Below, in pieces: positions 23,695-37,314 of a stretch of DNA of 64,000 nucleotides; position 1 is the first letter of the stretch; each line of letters starts with the position of its first letter. A program made the translations under genes and the position numbers. The notes beneath the pieces are model-generated. The model was not told the origin of the DNA. It made no database searches and saw only the letters and a program-made list of their open reading frames with translations. The stretch is from the NCBI GenBank assembly GCA_965153455.1, contig OZ234493.1:27580213-27644212 (forward strand). Reading direction: 5' to 3'. Source of the stretch: Sphagnum compactum (taxonomy: Eukaryota).

Positions 23695-24639
23695 GCACTG
23701 GATCTGTGACTCAGAGAGCTAAGGAAAAGAGCTCCAGTTTCCCAACTCCGCAGTACTTGTTTATGTCGCAGCTGCACCAAAGATCTGCCCTTTTCAGCGC
23801 ACACCCGCCTCCCACAATGTAAACCAACGAATCCACAACCCTGGCGCCCTCTTCTTCTTCTTCTTCTCCTTGTTGTCCTTCTCTTGCTCTTGTTCCTCCT
23901 ACTTAACTTGCACACACCCAATGGAAAAATCTGGTTTCCGCTTTTCTGCAATCCTTCGAAGCTTCACACTCCTTGGCGGTGCAGTAGAACTCAGCAACTG
24001 TTCCCGCGGTAACTAGCTCTTTCGCCCCTCCCCCTCCTCCTCCGGATGGATTGATGATCACTTGTGAATCGTTTGTACTCTCAAAGCTCGTTGCAACCAA
24101 ACCTCCTTGCAAGAACAGAAGAAGAAGACAAAGAAGAAGAACACAGCCCGCAAACAACATCAACAACAGAAGAAGAAGAAGATCAACTGGCAACAGAAGA
24201 CGATCAGCTCTCAACTCCTGCACTGCAACAGCAGCAGCAGATGTCACACCAAAACACACCGCCCCCGCAAAAAAAAAGAAAAAACACCAACAAACAATAA
24301 CAAAACCAAAGCAGCTTTTAAAACGGTGTAAGAACACCACCAACAACAACAACAACAGGTTCTTCTTCTTTCTTCCTTGATTCTTGCTTGCACAGAAGGT
24401 ACTTGATGAAGCTCATCGATCAAGACCAAAACAAGCTGTGCTCATGAAGACCATCACTTGCAGTTTCGTGGTGGTTGTTGCTGCTGCTGCTGATGAAGAA
24501 CCCAAGCAGCACTACTTAGTCGTGGCAAGAAGAAGCTTGCCGGAAGCAATAAGCTCCTGGAAAAGTCAAGAAGGGGAAACAAATGGAAGGAGGAAAAGAA
24601 TAGAGCACTCCTTGATGGAGAACGTTAGATCCATCCCAG

Positions 24640-25210
24640 TACCATGGGGCGGTTCTTTTGAGATAATAACCGCCGGTTCCGTTTGTGTGCAGGACGCACG
24701 CGGCATTAAGGAACCTCCGGTTCCATTTACTTGCACGACGCTTGTAGAAACAAGATCCGCCGGACCCATGTACTTGCACGACACTTGCCGAATAAAAGAA
24801 CCTCCGGTTCCATTTACTTGTAGGACATTGGTTGCATAAAGGAACTGCCGGTTCCATGGACTCTTAGTACACATGCGTTCATGGATTTTGGGTTCGAATT
24901 TTTTAATCAAAGAACCCCCGGTTCCATGTGTTTATTGGGGAAGTCACAACCAAAAAAAAAGGTCCGTTCTGGGTTTTGGGTGTTTATTGGGGAAGCCAGA
25001 ATCAAAGAACCTCCGGTTTTGAGTACTTGGAAAGAAGATAATCAAAGAACCACCAGTTCCGGGTATTTGGGGAAATTTTCAGAATCAAGTAACCTCCGGT
25101 TCCCATACTTTGGGGCAAAATCAGAATAAAAGAACTCCAGTTCCAGTTATTCCCAACCCCTCAAAGAACTCGTGGGTCTCATGAAAGAACCAGTGGTTAT
25201 TTGAAGTTTT
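24640..25210. repeat. Array of short imperfect palindromes (gaacc-N-ccggttc) including an ~87-bp tandem duplication
   Basis: gaacctccggttcc, ggaactgccggttcc, gaacccccggttcc and gaaccaccagttcc variants recur about 10 times. 24711-24740 is duplicated at 24798-24827. Confidence 0.75.
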
Positions 25211-27968
25211 TCTTGGGAAAGTGAGAATCCAGGGTATATATCAGAACAGGTAATGTAGTACCTTGGCACAGGTTTTTTTTTAAGAATTTGTGATCTAGCC
25301 AAAGTGGCAATCATCCAGAAAACGATTTAGCCAAATTTGATCAAATACTAATATGAAATTAGGAAAAAATAGAATCCTTCTACATTAAGGGCTATCATAA
25401 AAATCTGTTGATTTGGAAAAAAATTCTTCAACTGAAAATACCTTCGAATCGGTTGAAATCATATTTTTCAGGTCAAAATTTGGCAAAATTTTGCCACTAG
25501 AAAAAAACACATCCTTTGCAGCTTCAGCACAAATTATAGGTATTACTTTTTTGAATGCTCAACATTTCAAATTCTACTTTTCCCGACAAAAAAAAAGAAA
25601 AATTGTGAAGGAAAACGAAGAATCTTTTGTAATATTTTGGGAATATTCTATTTTCGAAAGAGAATCTTCAAAATCAATTAATTAATTATTCAGCAGCCAT
25701 CTACTCTATCTGCCCAAGTAATAGAAGTAAGAACTGTTGATTCCGGTTTCAGTTAGAAGAATCCCTAATTCCCATTCCATTTAGTAAGAACCAAATCTGA
25801 ATGATGACTGACTTTCTGAAGTGGAATGGAAATCAGAATCGGAATTTTCCTTGTGAAGAACTGAACCAGTGGACCCAGAAGCAAATTCCCAGTTATATTT
25901 ATGAATCAACAATAACATCAACAAAATTCGGGTTGGAGTTTTGGGGCTGAATTTTTTTTTGAATCACCTTTTTTTCCTTCTTTTAAACAAAACCCTTAAA
26001 AATTTATGCAATTGGGTTATTAAATCAATAAAAACATATTTAAATGTATTGCAGGGTTGGAATTCTGTTGAATCAAATTATCAACAAAATACTATTCTGT
26101 TTTGGGATGGGAAATTTGGGACTTCGTTGAAATCAAACAACAAACCTAAATTTTATTTTCTATAAGAACATTGGGATGAGGTGGTATCAAACTTATAGCA
26201 AATTATTCTCTCTCTTTTTTGGATTGGGTTTGGGTTAAAATTTAAAATCTAAATCTTTTAACATAGTTGTTGTTTGCTTATTTGTTTTATTTGGATGTGA
26301 CCATGCATGCCATAACCCTACCAAATGGGCCCCCACTTCATTTTTCATATCACTAGAAAAGCCTTCGACAACACGATGTGCACATTTATCATTTCACAAT
26401 CTTGGGACCAATGGAACACATGTGGATGAATTTAGAGTGATTTTTGTCTTTGGAAAATTTCAGGATTTGAAACTTCCAACTTAGGAAGAGAGTTCTCCAC
26501 CTGATTGACGATTTTTTTTCTTTTGTCAACTAGCCCTGATAATACTCCCACAACAATTGATGACAACTATGCAAACTATAATAATTGAAGACTAAAATTA
26601 TGGGCTGGGGGGTCGGGGGGTGTGATGGTGGTGGTGGTCCTCACTCATGTCCCCTCAATAAGTGGAAAGAAAGCAAGCCACACACCCATCAAGAGAAGAA
26701 TGAAGGGGGTGAGTGTTGAGTTCTCATTGATCACATCTATCAGATAGAGAATACATAATATGTTAATATGCAGATTTTTTAATGCGTAAATAAGCGAATG
26801 CAACAAATGTGCTTTGATGGCTGCCAAAGCTTCCTTCCCTACAATAACCTTAGTTAAATAGCAGGTTAGACAAAAATTATGTTATTTTTAGACATGCTGA
26901 AAATTTGAGAAAATATTTGTATCAAAGAAGAAAAAATAATGAAGGAAATGAAGCATCTTTTGAAATATCTTGGAATATAATATTTGTCAAAATTCAATGT
27001 TCAAAATTAAATAATTATTCAACAAAGACCCCATGAACTTACTATTCAACTTACTATGCTATTTAACTTTGATAGTAAATAAGAATTCCTTTGTGAAACC
27101 CTAAGAATGTTGGGAGCTCCTTTTTGGGGGGCCCGGGTTAGTAACTTAATAAGTAATGGATTCTCATACGCAATGTTCGTTTTTATGGAAATTTTGTGTT
27201 TGGACAAAACATTGTGGAAAATCTTGTTTATGTAGTGTAAATATGAACAAATTTTCTCTGTTTTTCACAAAATTTGCCAAATTTTCAATATCATGAATTT
27301 TTTTTAAAAAACCCTGAGAGGGCCTTTGTCACAGCTTTCTTGTCAACATACAAACTGGTCACAATTTAATTAATCAATAGTAGGCAATCACTCCTCTTAA
27401 GGAGTAGTGCTAAGGCCCTCTCCTCCTAGACCTGGTGATTTACACATGTTTAGGTTCATTACGATGCTCACCTCGTGCTTTAGGATGGGTAAAGTTCACA
27501 CATGTGAGGGACATTCCCAAAATGTGGGCTGGACTTGAGTACCACCTTGTCATAGGACCCTTATTTTGGGAATGCCCTCATCCTCAAGCTTTACCTTACA
27601 CATAGACATAAGTTGACCATGAGACATAGAGGGGCACAATTCTAACTCGTTTGAAGATGTGGGGGATTTCACACATATTGAATGTGGGAGGGATCTTAAA
27701 AATCTTCATGAATGAATATGTGGGTGTGACCTTAAACCCAATTTTAGGAGTGGGTGTAATATCGCTTCTTTTTTCTAGTAGGGATATTCACAAATATAAG
27801 GTACCCTCTAAAAACACTAGGAAATTTCTTTGAGTATTTTATGTGAATTTTGGGAGTGTTTTATCAAAATGTGTAGCTTTTGTATAGTCTTCCATGGGAA
27901 AATGGAAAATGATGCAAGAGTCTTCCCAACCAACAGCATGTGATCAACAAAGTGTCTATTCACCTCTT

Positions 27969-28490
27969 AAACTGGGGGTACTTATTCTGTTTCATATGAA
28001 TTAGTTGGGGGTGCCTCACAAGTCCAACCTTTTTTTTAAAATTTTGTAATGAGTCAATTTGATTGGTCCATCGCAAAAAAAGTTGAAACTACGAAGACTC
28101 CCTGAAATAAAAGATTCTATGGAAAGATGCAGTGCCTCCCCCTTTAGCCCCACATATATAGGTGAGAAGGGGAGGACTTTGGGCTAAACATATGAAACAT
28201 ATGGGATTAAAGCAAGGTGCTATTGGGAACACCCTTGGGGGACACATTGGGAACATATTGGGAACCTGATTGGAACCCATTGGGAACTTGAAAAGAACAT
28301 GTTGGGAACAAAGGAAAAATGGAAAAAATCCTTCCTCCCAACCCAAAACTTAAAAGAAAAAAAATCAAGGCACTTTGAGTGCGTGCTGAGCCTTCCCATT
28401 GGCTGCATGAATTTTCTATGTTCCAAAACTGTTCATCACCATTTTTGGCCTGGGCTAATACCCCCATCATAAACTGGGGGTACTTATTTG
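27969..28490. repeat. Dispersed repeat unit bounded by a direct repeat aaactgggggtacttatt, with internal ttgggaac repeats; degenerate relatives at ~28640-28760, ~29120-29330, ~29620-29770 and ~55040-55450
   Basis: The same motifs (ttgggaac arrays, accatttttg, attagttg..ggg) recur at these positions. Confidence 0.6.
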
Positions 28491-28967
28491 GCTTATACCC
28501 TCTTTTGAAAGTGGAGACTTTCAAAGTAAGAACAAGCAAGCGAAAACATGAAAAGATTTCTGTACAAGATGCCCAAGTCCTTAGGTTTGCACAACTTTGG
28601 GATCATCACCCATGGTTTTCAAAGTTCATATATTAGTACATTTTGATAATATATTGTGTGACTAGTTGGGGTGCCTCCCAAGTTCAATATCTTTTATTGG
28701 AATGAGTCTCCTTGATTGGCTTATCACAAGAAGATTTTGAAACTTTGGAGATTCCCAAAGTAGAAATTACAACTGTTTTCCAAATTCCCCCTTCCCAACA
28801 CACACTTTTGTGATGAGTGTTTTTTATTGTTTTTATAGAAAGGAGGAGGAAGGACATGCAAAAATTAGGATAATGAACACCATTTGATATGTTAATCACA
28901 ACCGCATGTCATGAGAATGCACAGTACACAAATTACATTGACAATAAATCAAACCAACAAAAAAAGG

Positions 28968-29095
28968 TGTCACCACCTTTTGTTTCATTGAAGTGGCATC
29001 TAGGTAGTGTCACCAACTTTTGTTTTAGAGAAATGGTATCTCTAGGTGGTGCCACCATCTTTTGCTTCAGTGAAGTGGCATCTAGGTGGTTGCCA
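28968..29095. repeat. ~40-bp tandem repeat, 3 copies
   Basis: gtcaccac.ttt.gtttca.tgaagtggcatctaggt.gt repeated three times. Confidence 0.8.
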
Positions 29096-32000
29096 ACTCA
29101 TTGGTTTCCCTCTCCAAAAACAAACAATTAAATAAAAAATAGCCCACTCCCAAAGGAAGAAAAAAAATGAACTTCCTAAGTGCATGCTGCCTCCCTTTAT
29201 TGGTTGAGCAAAATTTTCATTCTTAAATGAAGTTCTCACCATTTTTGACCTTGGTTAAGGGAAGGAAAGAATATATGATAATATATTGTGACTCATATTA
29301 ATTAGTTGTGGGGACCTTCAATTTTAATTTTTATTTATTATTGGGATCCCCCCTCTCCCCTTCTTTTAAATCATATACATATAAGTTGAAGTTTGGCCAA
29401 ACAATATGAGACAAATAGAAGTGCTTGAAGAAGACAAGGACTCGAAGAGGACTCTGAAAAAAAAAGCCCTACATACAACTCAGTCAACTACCATCCATTT
29501 CACTTTTGTAAAAACGAGAATAAGGCGGTTGTTTTCATTAGTCAACTACACTCACCTCATTTCAAGGTCGTGGTTGCCTGTTTCACCCTCTCCCAGGGAA
29601 AGAACCAAGAAATCATCACACCCCCACTTCCTCAAAAGAAAAAACTATTAACCTTTTCAGCAACATGTTCAACAATCTGCTCAGCTCTTAGAAATTGCAA
29701 TTCTTCACACTATTTGTGACCATTTTGGACACAGGTTACTGACACCAGCTAGGAGTATGGGCGTACCTATATTAGCACAACTTTGGGATTATTAGGTTTA
29801 CCTAGTGGTGATGTAATCATTCTAGGTATGGTAATTAGAGTTGGGTCAAATGTGAATCAAGGCATGCCTAATTAAGTCAAACTCCTACTTTCATATCATA
29901 AAAGTTGGTCAAACTCAAAACTTACTTTGGTTCCTGACATCCTATGTTCAATTTGTAGACCACAAGTGGATAAAGGATCAAAACTATGGAGTTTTATTAT
30001 ATAATTATGAAAGTTTATGTTTATATAATATTTTATTTTATTTTTATTATGTATAACTATTATGTCACACCATTCTCTTACCATGGATTTCACACACTCA
30101 CAAATTATATCAAAAATTTTAAAAATTAAATTTTCAATTTTTTCCACAAATCTATTTCATAAAACATTACACTCATACAACAAGTTGTTTTTATCAAGTG
30201 AAGGTGTTTCTAAAGGTTCAAAACATCAGCATGTATATTAGCCGAAAATAAACTAAATAAAAAATTTATTAAAATCTTACGTATCACATGATGAATTATG
30301 TGATTCAACATGCACACTAATTGAAGTTATGACTAATTGATGATGATTCACCAAACCATATTTAAATTATAAAATCCAAACACTAAATAAATTATCAAAC
30401 TTAACCCCTAGATAATTACATAAGTTACAATCTATTTACATTAAGTTACAAATCCATATATACATCACTATTGGGCAAATATTAAAAATTACAATAAACC
30501 TCCACCAACTATACAAATGGTTCTTAGGGTTCTTGGTTAAAAAAGAAATCAAAAACCCGATTTTGATATAGGATAGAGACAATCATCATTAAACTCAAGC
30601 CAATAATTGAATAGGTATCCATATATTCCTCATTTTTTGTTTTCTTTAAATGATCTTCATGGCTATGGGTGCATCGATTGGAGGCCTAAAATATCTCATG
30701 AAGTTTTGGAAGCAACTAAGCAATGAAAAAGAAATAAGAAGACAATGAACATGTCTAGAAAGCAAAATGATTGAAAAAAAAATTATATGTCTTCCCCTCA
30801 CTTTTAGACCCCATATCTTTTTCAATTTTTACTTATTTTCAGTCATTTAAGAAAATATGGGTGTGTTAACTTGAGCTCTAAATCTTTGTATGAAATCCAA
30901 AAGCAATCAACCTATCTCCAAGGAGTTTAAGCTCCAAATGTTTACCTTGCCAAATTGAACACTACATCCAAATTTCATATCTTCCTCAATTTTTGTCCAT
31001 TTTGAACTATTTTCATGGCAATGGGTGCATAAATAAAGGTTTACAATATTTTTTGATCCCCAAAGGCAATTGAACTATGTCCAAGGATTTTAAGCTTTTT
31101 CAAATCTTAAATGTTTGAACATTGAAAATATTATTTGGTTTTTGAACATATCCCATTCAAAATTGGAACAATTGGAATACAATTTTAACTTTTCATGTTT
31201 GTACTTAAGATCCTCATTATTTTTTTATTCAGGTTGTTTAATATATTAAATATATTTTAATGTCAATGCTTGCATCAAATTTATATGTATTATAAAATAG
31301 GCAAGCCCTTAATTAGTGTGCTAAATAAACTTGTAGATGACCCTAGTAGCTTGTGAACCTATAGGCATACCTAACACAATGCTTAGGGGTGTGCCCATTT
31401 TCTTCATAAAAGATTTTGTTTCGCCTTTGTGAAAAAGGAGGATTACATTTTGTATTAAAACAATTTATGTTAAATTACGGTCCTAAACAAAAACATCTAC
31501 AAGGTTGCATGGACATGTAATCAATGATAACCTTGAATAAAATGTATGCAATTTAAAAACTTTCAAAACTTTCAAAATAGTTTATGTCCAAATTGAAAAT
31601 CTCATGATACTAGGACTAGATTAATACATTGAAATGTGGATATACCTTCCCAACACTAAGAGTATTGTCCACTCACTACATCAAAATATGGTATATATTA
31701 TTTCACATATTTTTTTGTTCATAGTAATATATGGCATTAATTATAGATGATTATGTAGTAAAGTCATACTTGTGACTTTTGCCATTAATAATATTTTTGG
31801 TTGTAATAATTTATGCCATTTTTCATGTGACTTTTATGACTATGTAATAATAAAAAATGATAATTTTTATTACTAAAACCAAAAAATATAATTAAATAAT
31901 AAATATTTATTGGTTTGTGAAATGTAAACATGTGTTTAACCATAGTAAAGCCACATGAACATTAATCTAACTAAACCTACTTATTAATCTATGACAAATT

Positions 32001-33692
32001 AACTTAGAAACCTAAATGGGTACGTAGGCCAAAGTAGGTAGGTAGGTAGCTCTAAGTAAATAGGTAAGTAAGTAAGTTTATGTAGGTAGGTAGGCCTAGG
32101 TAGATATGTAGGTAGGTTTAGGTTTAAAAAATCTTATTTAATCTCTTGCTCATAACTATTTTTTATTGGTTCATCCCAAGTGGTATTAACACTTTGAATA
32201 TTTTTATGCATTTACTATGTGTAGATTATATTTCATCTAATTATATAATTTACAAAGTTGAACTTGTTGACAAAAAATATGGGATAAATTTCATGAAATG
32301 AAAACAGTACAACATTATTCCACATCTTTTGTCCCATACAAAAGAGGCCTACCTATTACCCAACCTACCTAACTTAACCTAAACCTAGGTAAAATAATTA
32401 TGTAGGTAGGTATAAATATATAACCTATTTAGCCTATGTTATAACCTCCCCACCTACATAGCTTAACAAACTATCTATTTAACATATGTAATGTAGGTAG
32501 GTTATATTTAACTACCACCTACTTAACCTAGCTAGCTAGGTTACTTACTTAAGTAGGTAAATAGGTAGGTAAGTTAAATAGATAGTAAAATTAAATAAAT
32601 CCATAGGTATGTAATTAGGTTAGGCAAGTAAGTGGTTAGGTAGGTTTGTAACATAGGTTAAGTGGGTAAGTAAATATACATAGATAGCTTAAGGTAGGTA
32701 GGTAGGGAGGTAAACATAGTTAAATAGGTAGGTAATTTAAGTTAAATAGGTGGGTATATTAAGTAAGTATGTAGGTAGGTGGGTAGGAAGGTTGTCTAAA
32801 CAAGTAGGTAAGTAATATAAGCTAATCCTTACATCCCATATGGTTTCCATTAGTTTATCATTATTTATGTTAATATCCAATTTAATTTGAATTAATATAA
32901 ATATCATGCACATGAAAATACACATATTGATTTGCATTTTCATATATGAATGTTGGGGGAATAAGGTCCAAAGGAATGAGATAGTTATTAGGAAAGGAGT
33001 GAAGTAGTTAGGCTTGAAATTGAGGTAGCACTAATAAAATTCTTGATTTTTTTTTATTGACAAATCTAGTAAAAAAAAACCCAATTTAGACAAGTGTCAA
33101 GAAGACCACTTAATCATTTTGGACAAGACAATTTCGACATGTCGAATGTGACTAAGGTGATATTTTTGACTTGCAAAGTATGGACCATTTGATTAATCAT
33201 TTTGACTAGTGAATAATGGACCATTTGACTGGTCAAATTTTTTCGCATATTTAAATAATTTATTTTTTAAGAATGTGGTAGGTAGGTAGGTAGGTAGGTA
33301 GGTAGGTCATAAAAAGGCAAGTAGGTAGTCGGCAACTTAGCCTATCCTATTAAACTTCACTTAATATAACCTATTTAACTTACTTAGCCTACCTACTTTA
33401 ACCCCTTAAACATGTACATAAGTCATAAGGATTAAGAATTGAACCCTTGACCTCCCTAATGGTAAACCCAAGTCTTTAACCAATGGAACACACCATCAAA
33501 AGGTGTCCACTTTTGTCAAGTTTCTAATTTCACTTGTTTATTTTGATACATCACTACAATACTATGAGGTGCATGGGTGGGTTGTAGGAGGTAGGTGAGT
33601 GGGTGGGTAAGTAAGTAGGTAGGTAGGTGGGTGGTAAATAAGTAGGTAACAATTAGTAGGTAGGTGGGTGGGTGGTTAGGTAAATAAGTAGG

Positions 33693-34258
33693 TGTTAAAG
33701 GTGTTTCCTATCCCTTTTTAGTTTCACATTTTCTCTTCAAATTTCAAATTTTGGTTTTCTAAAAATATCAATAGATTGTTCCAAATTTGAATATTAAAAC
33801 TTAAAAAACATTGTGGTTTCTTGTTTATTCATCAAGAACAACATTTTTCAAGCTTGCATTCTAATAACCGAAAAGGAAAAGCTCCACAAGAAAATCAAAG
33901 TAAACATGATTTATAATTCAAAAACTCTTCTAGAGTTACACAATAATGAAAAGATGAAGATCCTCTTCTATCTCCAAGTCCTCCTAGTTATACCAACTCA
34001 TAGTGTTGTTTGTAATTTAAACAATCACTAGCTAGTATAACTTCAAAATCAAAATAATAAGTTACTAGTCACAAGTTCAAATTCACCTATTCTGTTAATC
34101 AATCGATTATTGTAACAGATCGATTACCAATTCTTCTAACAAACTGATTAACTAAGACTTATTAACCAAAAACTAAAATAACCTTAAGTCATACTGCCTC
34201 ATTCGTTATTAAATGGTTAAACCAATTATTATATACATATTAAAAAATTGGGTTAACA
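33693..34258 (-). repeat. Gypsy 3' LTR (566 bp)
   Basis: tgttaaaggtgtttcc...aaaaattgggttaaca; direct repeat of 49746-50313. The adjacent accccccctt (34261-34270) is the minus-strand PPT. Confidence 0.93.
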
Positions 34259-34299
34259 TTACCCCCCCTTTGAAAACTAAATTTCATCTTCAAAATCAG

Positions 34300-37200
34300 T
34301 CACCTAGAACCACATGTTTAACACTTGTAGCTAGATCATCAACATGTTCACCTATAGTATCAACAAGTCGTTCACCCCAATCTCTAATATAACTAATGGT
34401 ATAGGTTTTGGAATGACATGTTCTTCCAAAGCTTCTACCTGAATGCTAACAACCACAACTTCCATAGGTTCTGTGGGCAAAGGTAAAGTACAAGAAACAA
34501 TGGCCAGCCCTGTTCCCCTTTTAATGGGTTTAGGTTTTTCAGTGGTGGTAACAATAAGTTCGCTTTGAAAATTTGTAGCTACAGCAGTTGGTTGCATAGG
34601 TGAACCTTTTTGAGAAACATTAGCATGTGCCTCAACTAGTTTACTAGTAAGTCGGTCATACTTGTAGCCTTCAAAATGCAACCGGTATACAACCAGTTCA
34701 TTCAAGTAGGCTTCTTTGTCTGCACGAACAATCTCCAAACTTTTTTAGATCTTTTCTTTAGTAATCTCTTGCATAGTTTGCCACCATTTCTTCCACTTTG
34801 GGTTCTTGTCAATCAATGTTTGGTTTTGTACCTTAAACAAGGCATTGTCCAGAAGTAATTCCTCAAATTCCTTCAATCGATTATCCATGTAAGTAGGTTG
34901 AAAAACTTTACTAAGCACTTTAACAAATGTTTCCAATTTGCCCTTTAGTTCTTGAATTTGTACTCGAAGTTCATGGGTACAATTTTCCATATCAATGTTG
35001 ACTTCCCTCAATTGTTCCCTTTGTTGCAAACAGGTACTTTCTAACTCCAACATAATATTTCCCATTGGACACTAATGGCTTCCATCCTACCATAGTCTCT
35101 GGTTAACTAGTCAAGATTAGTCCACAAGGCCTTTAAGTCATTACGGGTTTTGAAATGAACTTGGGTTAACGCATTGTACTCAGATTGTGAGGTTTCAACC
35201 TTCTTGATTGCCCTTTCAGCTTCAACACCTTTAGCAACAAAATGTTTGTTCTCTACTTACTACTTGAGGAGTTAGGATTTCACAGTAGCTAAGTCCTTAT
35301 CTCTATTTTTATAGGGCTTGTTTATGACTAACTAGTTCTAGACAACGAGCCTATAAGTGGTTGTTAGTGTCCTCTAACAAGTTCTCAACAATATTGTATT
35401 TGGATCTCAGATTAGCTTAACTATCTACTATTTGAAGCCATGTTTGAGTAATTAAGGATGTTTGCTCAAAGAAAAGGGCAACTTGTTTTAAGCTTTCATG
35501 TTGGGCATAGGTTGTTGATGTCTCAGGAAAATATAAACAAGTTTATTCTGAATTGGTTCAACAAGTTTAAGCTAAACTAGCTAAACCAATTTTGTACTTG
35601 TTGATAACGGGTTACTAGCCTGTTTTGTAGGAGCAGAAGTTTCTTGAACAAATAAAGGTCCTCGATTTAATATTTGTTCAAAATTAGGTTCACTTCATTC
35701 CTCCATGAACTGGTCACACTCTATCCTTATTGATTCACTATTTTGTTGTGTGGTGACATCAACTTCCATGTCCTCATCACCTCCCTCCATAGCCATGATT
35801 CGTTAATCGGTACAAGGTTTTTTTTTCGGTGGTGAACTAGTTGGTTCTAAACTCAACTGGTCCTTAGGTATTGATGGTTCAATTTGTACCTTCACCTATT
35901 GTGATTGTCGAATTGGTCATGGTGATATGTTGTTTGAGTTACTGATCGTCGCTCACTTATGAATTGTTCCTTAGTCACAACTTTAAGAGAAGGTTCTCTA
36001 GATTGCTCCATAGCAATCTTCTCATCTTCTCTCCCTTAAACTGGTTGTGGTTTTGGAGAATCAATAGGTTTATCCTCCTTTGACAAAGGAAACTAGTGAT
36101 GTAAATAGATCTCTATAACAGATTTAGAATAACAAATTATTGCCCTCCTATTAGGTGCTGCTAACGCTGCTACTCTCTACTTTTGGTGTTTAGTCCACCG
36201 AGTCAATTCTATTGACATTTGTGTCACCATTATAGAACATCAGTTGATCCTCTTCCCCTTGTTTGCTAGGTTCAGAGTGATGGTAATACGGTTGTTGAAA
36301 TATTTTAACCTTTTTCATTGGTAAATGATATGCAAAATAGCTACAAATCTAGCATGATACTCCTCTTTCATTCAAATGACAATCCATTACTCCTTGTTGA
36401 CGAATGCATCCAATCCAACTATGTTTTTAAGGGCCGCTTGAGTTTCTTTGACTAGTGCGTTTGTTGCATCCGTTGTTCCTTCAGCACTTATGCCAAACTA
36501 TTTTGCAATTAACGGTTGATCAATGGTGATTCTTTCACCACAAATGACTATTCAAATTCGTCCATCCTCTATGGAGTCCCAAGTATGCAAAAATTCCTCC
36601 AATATGTTTGGTTATGGATTTGTCTAGCGAATAACCAACAAGCCTACCAAACCAACTTGCTCTGCCCATTGTCGTTTTTTGGATCCCATCCAAATCCACT
36701 AAAGCATTTTCTGAATTTCTTTTGTTTCAACGAGTGTTCGCTTTCGAGGTACTTTGGCAAGTGAACTGTCCTCTTCCACCTGTTCCTTCCCCTTGCGCCT
36801 CATCATGTACTTGGACTCGGACTTAATAGGTATAGCAACAGGTATGTCTAGAGATTCAACCTCTATGTCAAAAAATCGTCCTTCAACTGGTACTAATGAA
36901 AATGCTATCTGTTGTTCAATTTCAATAGGTCGGTAAGCTTGTTCATCTTTCTTTGTAGCTCTGCTCTCGACCTATTCTTCTTCCTTAGAATTATTGATAA
37001 TGACGAATGCAGGTGCAGGTAATGAAGACTTGTAGGCAAGGTTTCTTCAAGTCCTTCTCCCACAAATGCCTCAATGCTTTGAAAATTTCTTGTTTTATGT
37101 CTCTACCTTCTCTAGAATTCTTATTACTTTCACAAAATGCAAGAGGCGGTCTTGATGCAAATGGTTCAATGTATATTGCTCCAATTGCTCTAAAAACTTC

Positions 37201-37314
37201 CTCTCTAACTCTCAATAATTCTTTAAGTTCTTCTACCTTTTTCTTTTATCTTTTTTTTCTCAATTATGCCTCCTTCTTGCTTGTTCTGCCTCTCAATTGA
37301 TCTAAAACACTCAT
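34300..37314 (-). pseudogene. Extra (env-like / ORF3) coding region of the Gypsy element, between pol and the 3' LTR
   Basis: Same-sense, stop-riddled fragments: MSVLDQLRG.., EEVFRAIGAIYIEPF.., EEFLHTW..ITIDQPLIAK.FGISAEG.., GKRIN(W)CSIMVTQM, and a C-terminal coiled-coil (ORFs 34745-35065 and 34352-34738). Confidence 0.7.

Noticed and set aside
23574-24839. Several 100-150-aa ORFs upstream of the GT31 gene
   Set aside because: They are translations of microsatellite and low-complexity leader sequence (poly-R, poly-L, RE repeats) with no domain signal.
24640-25210. Palindromic repeats with spacers, superficially CRISPR-like
   Set aside because: Eukaryotic context, irregular spacing, degenerate short repeats and no cas genes.
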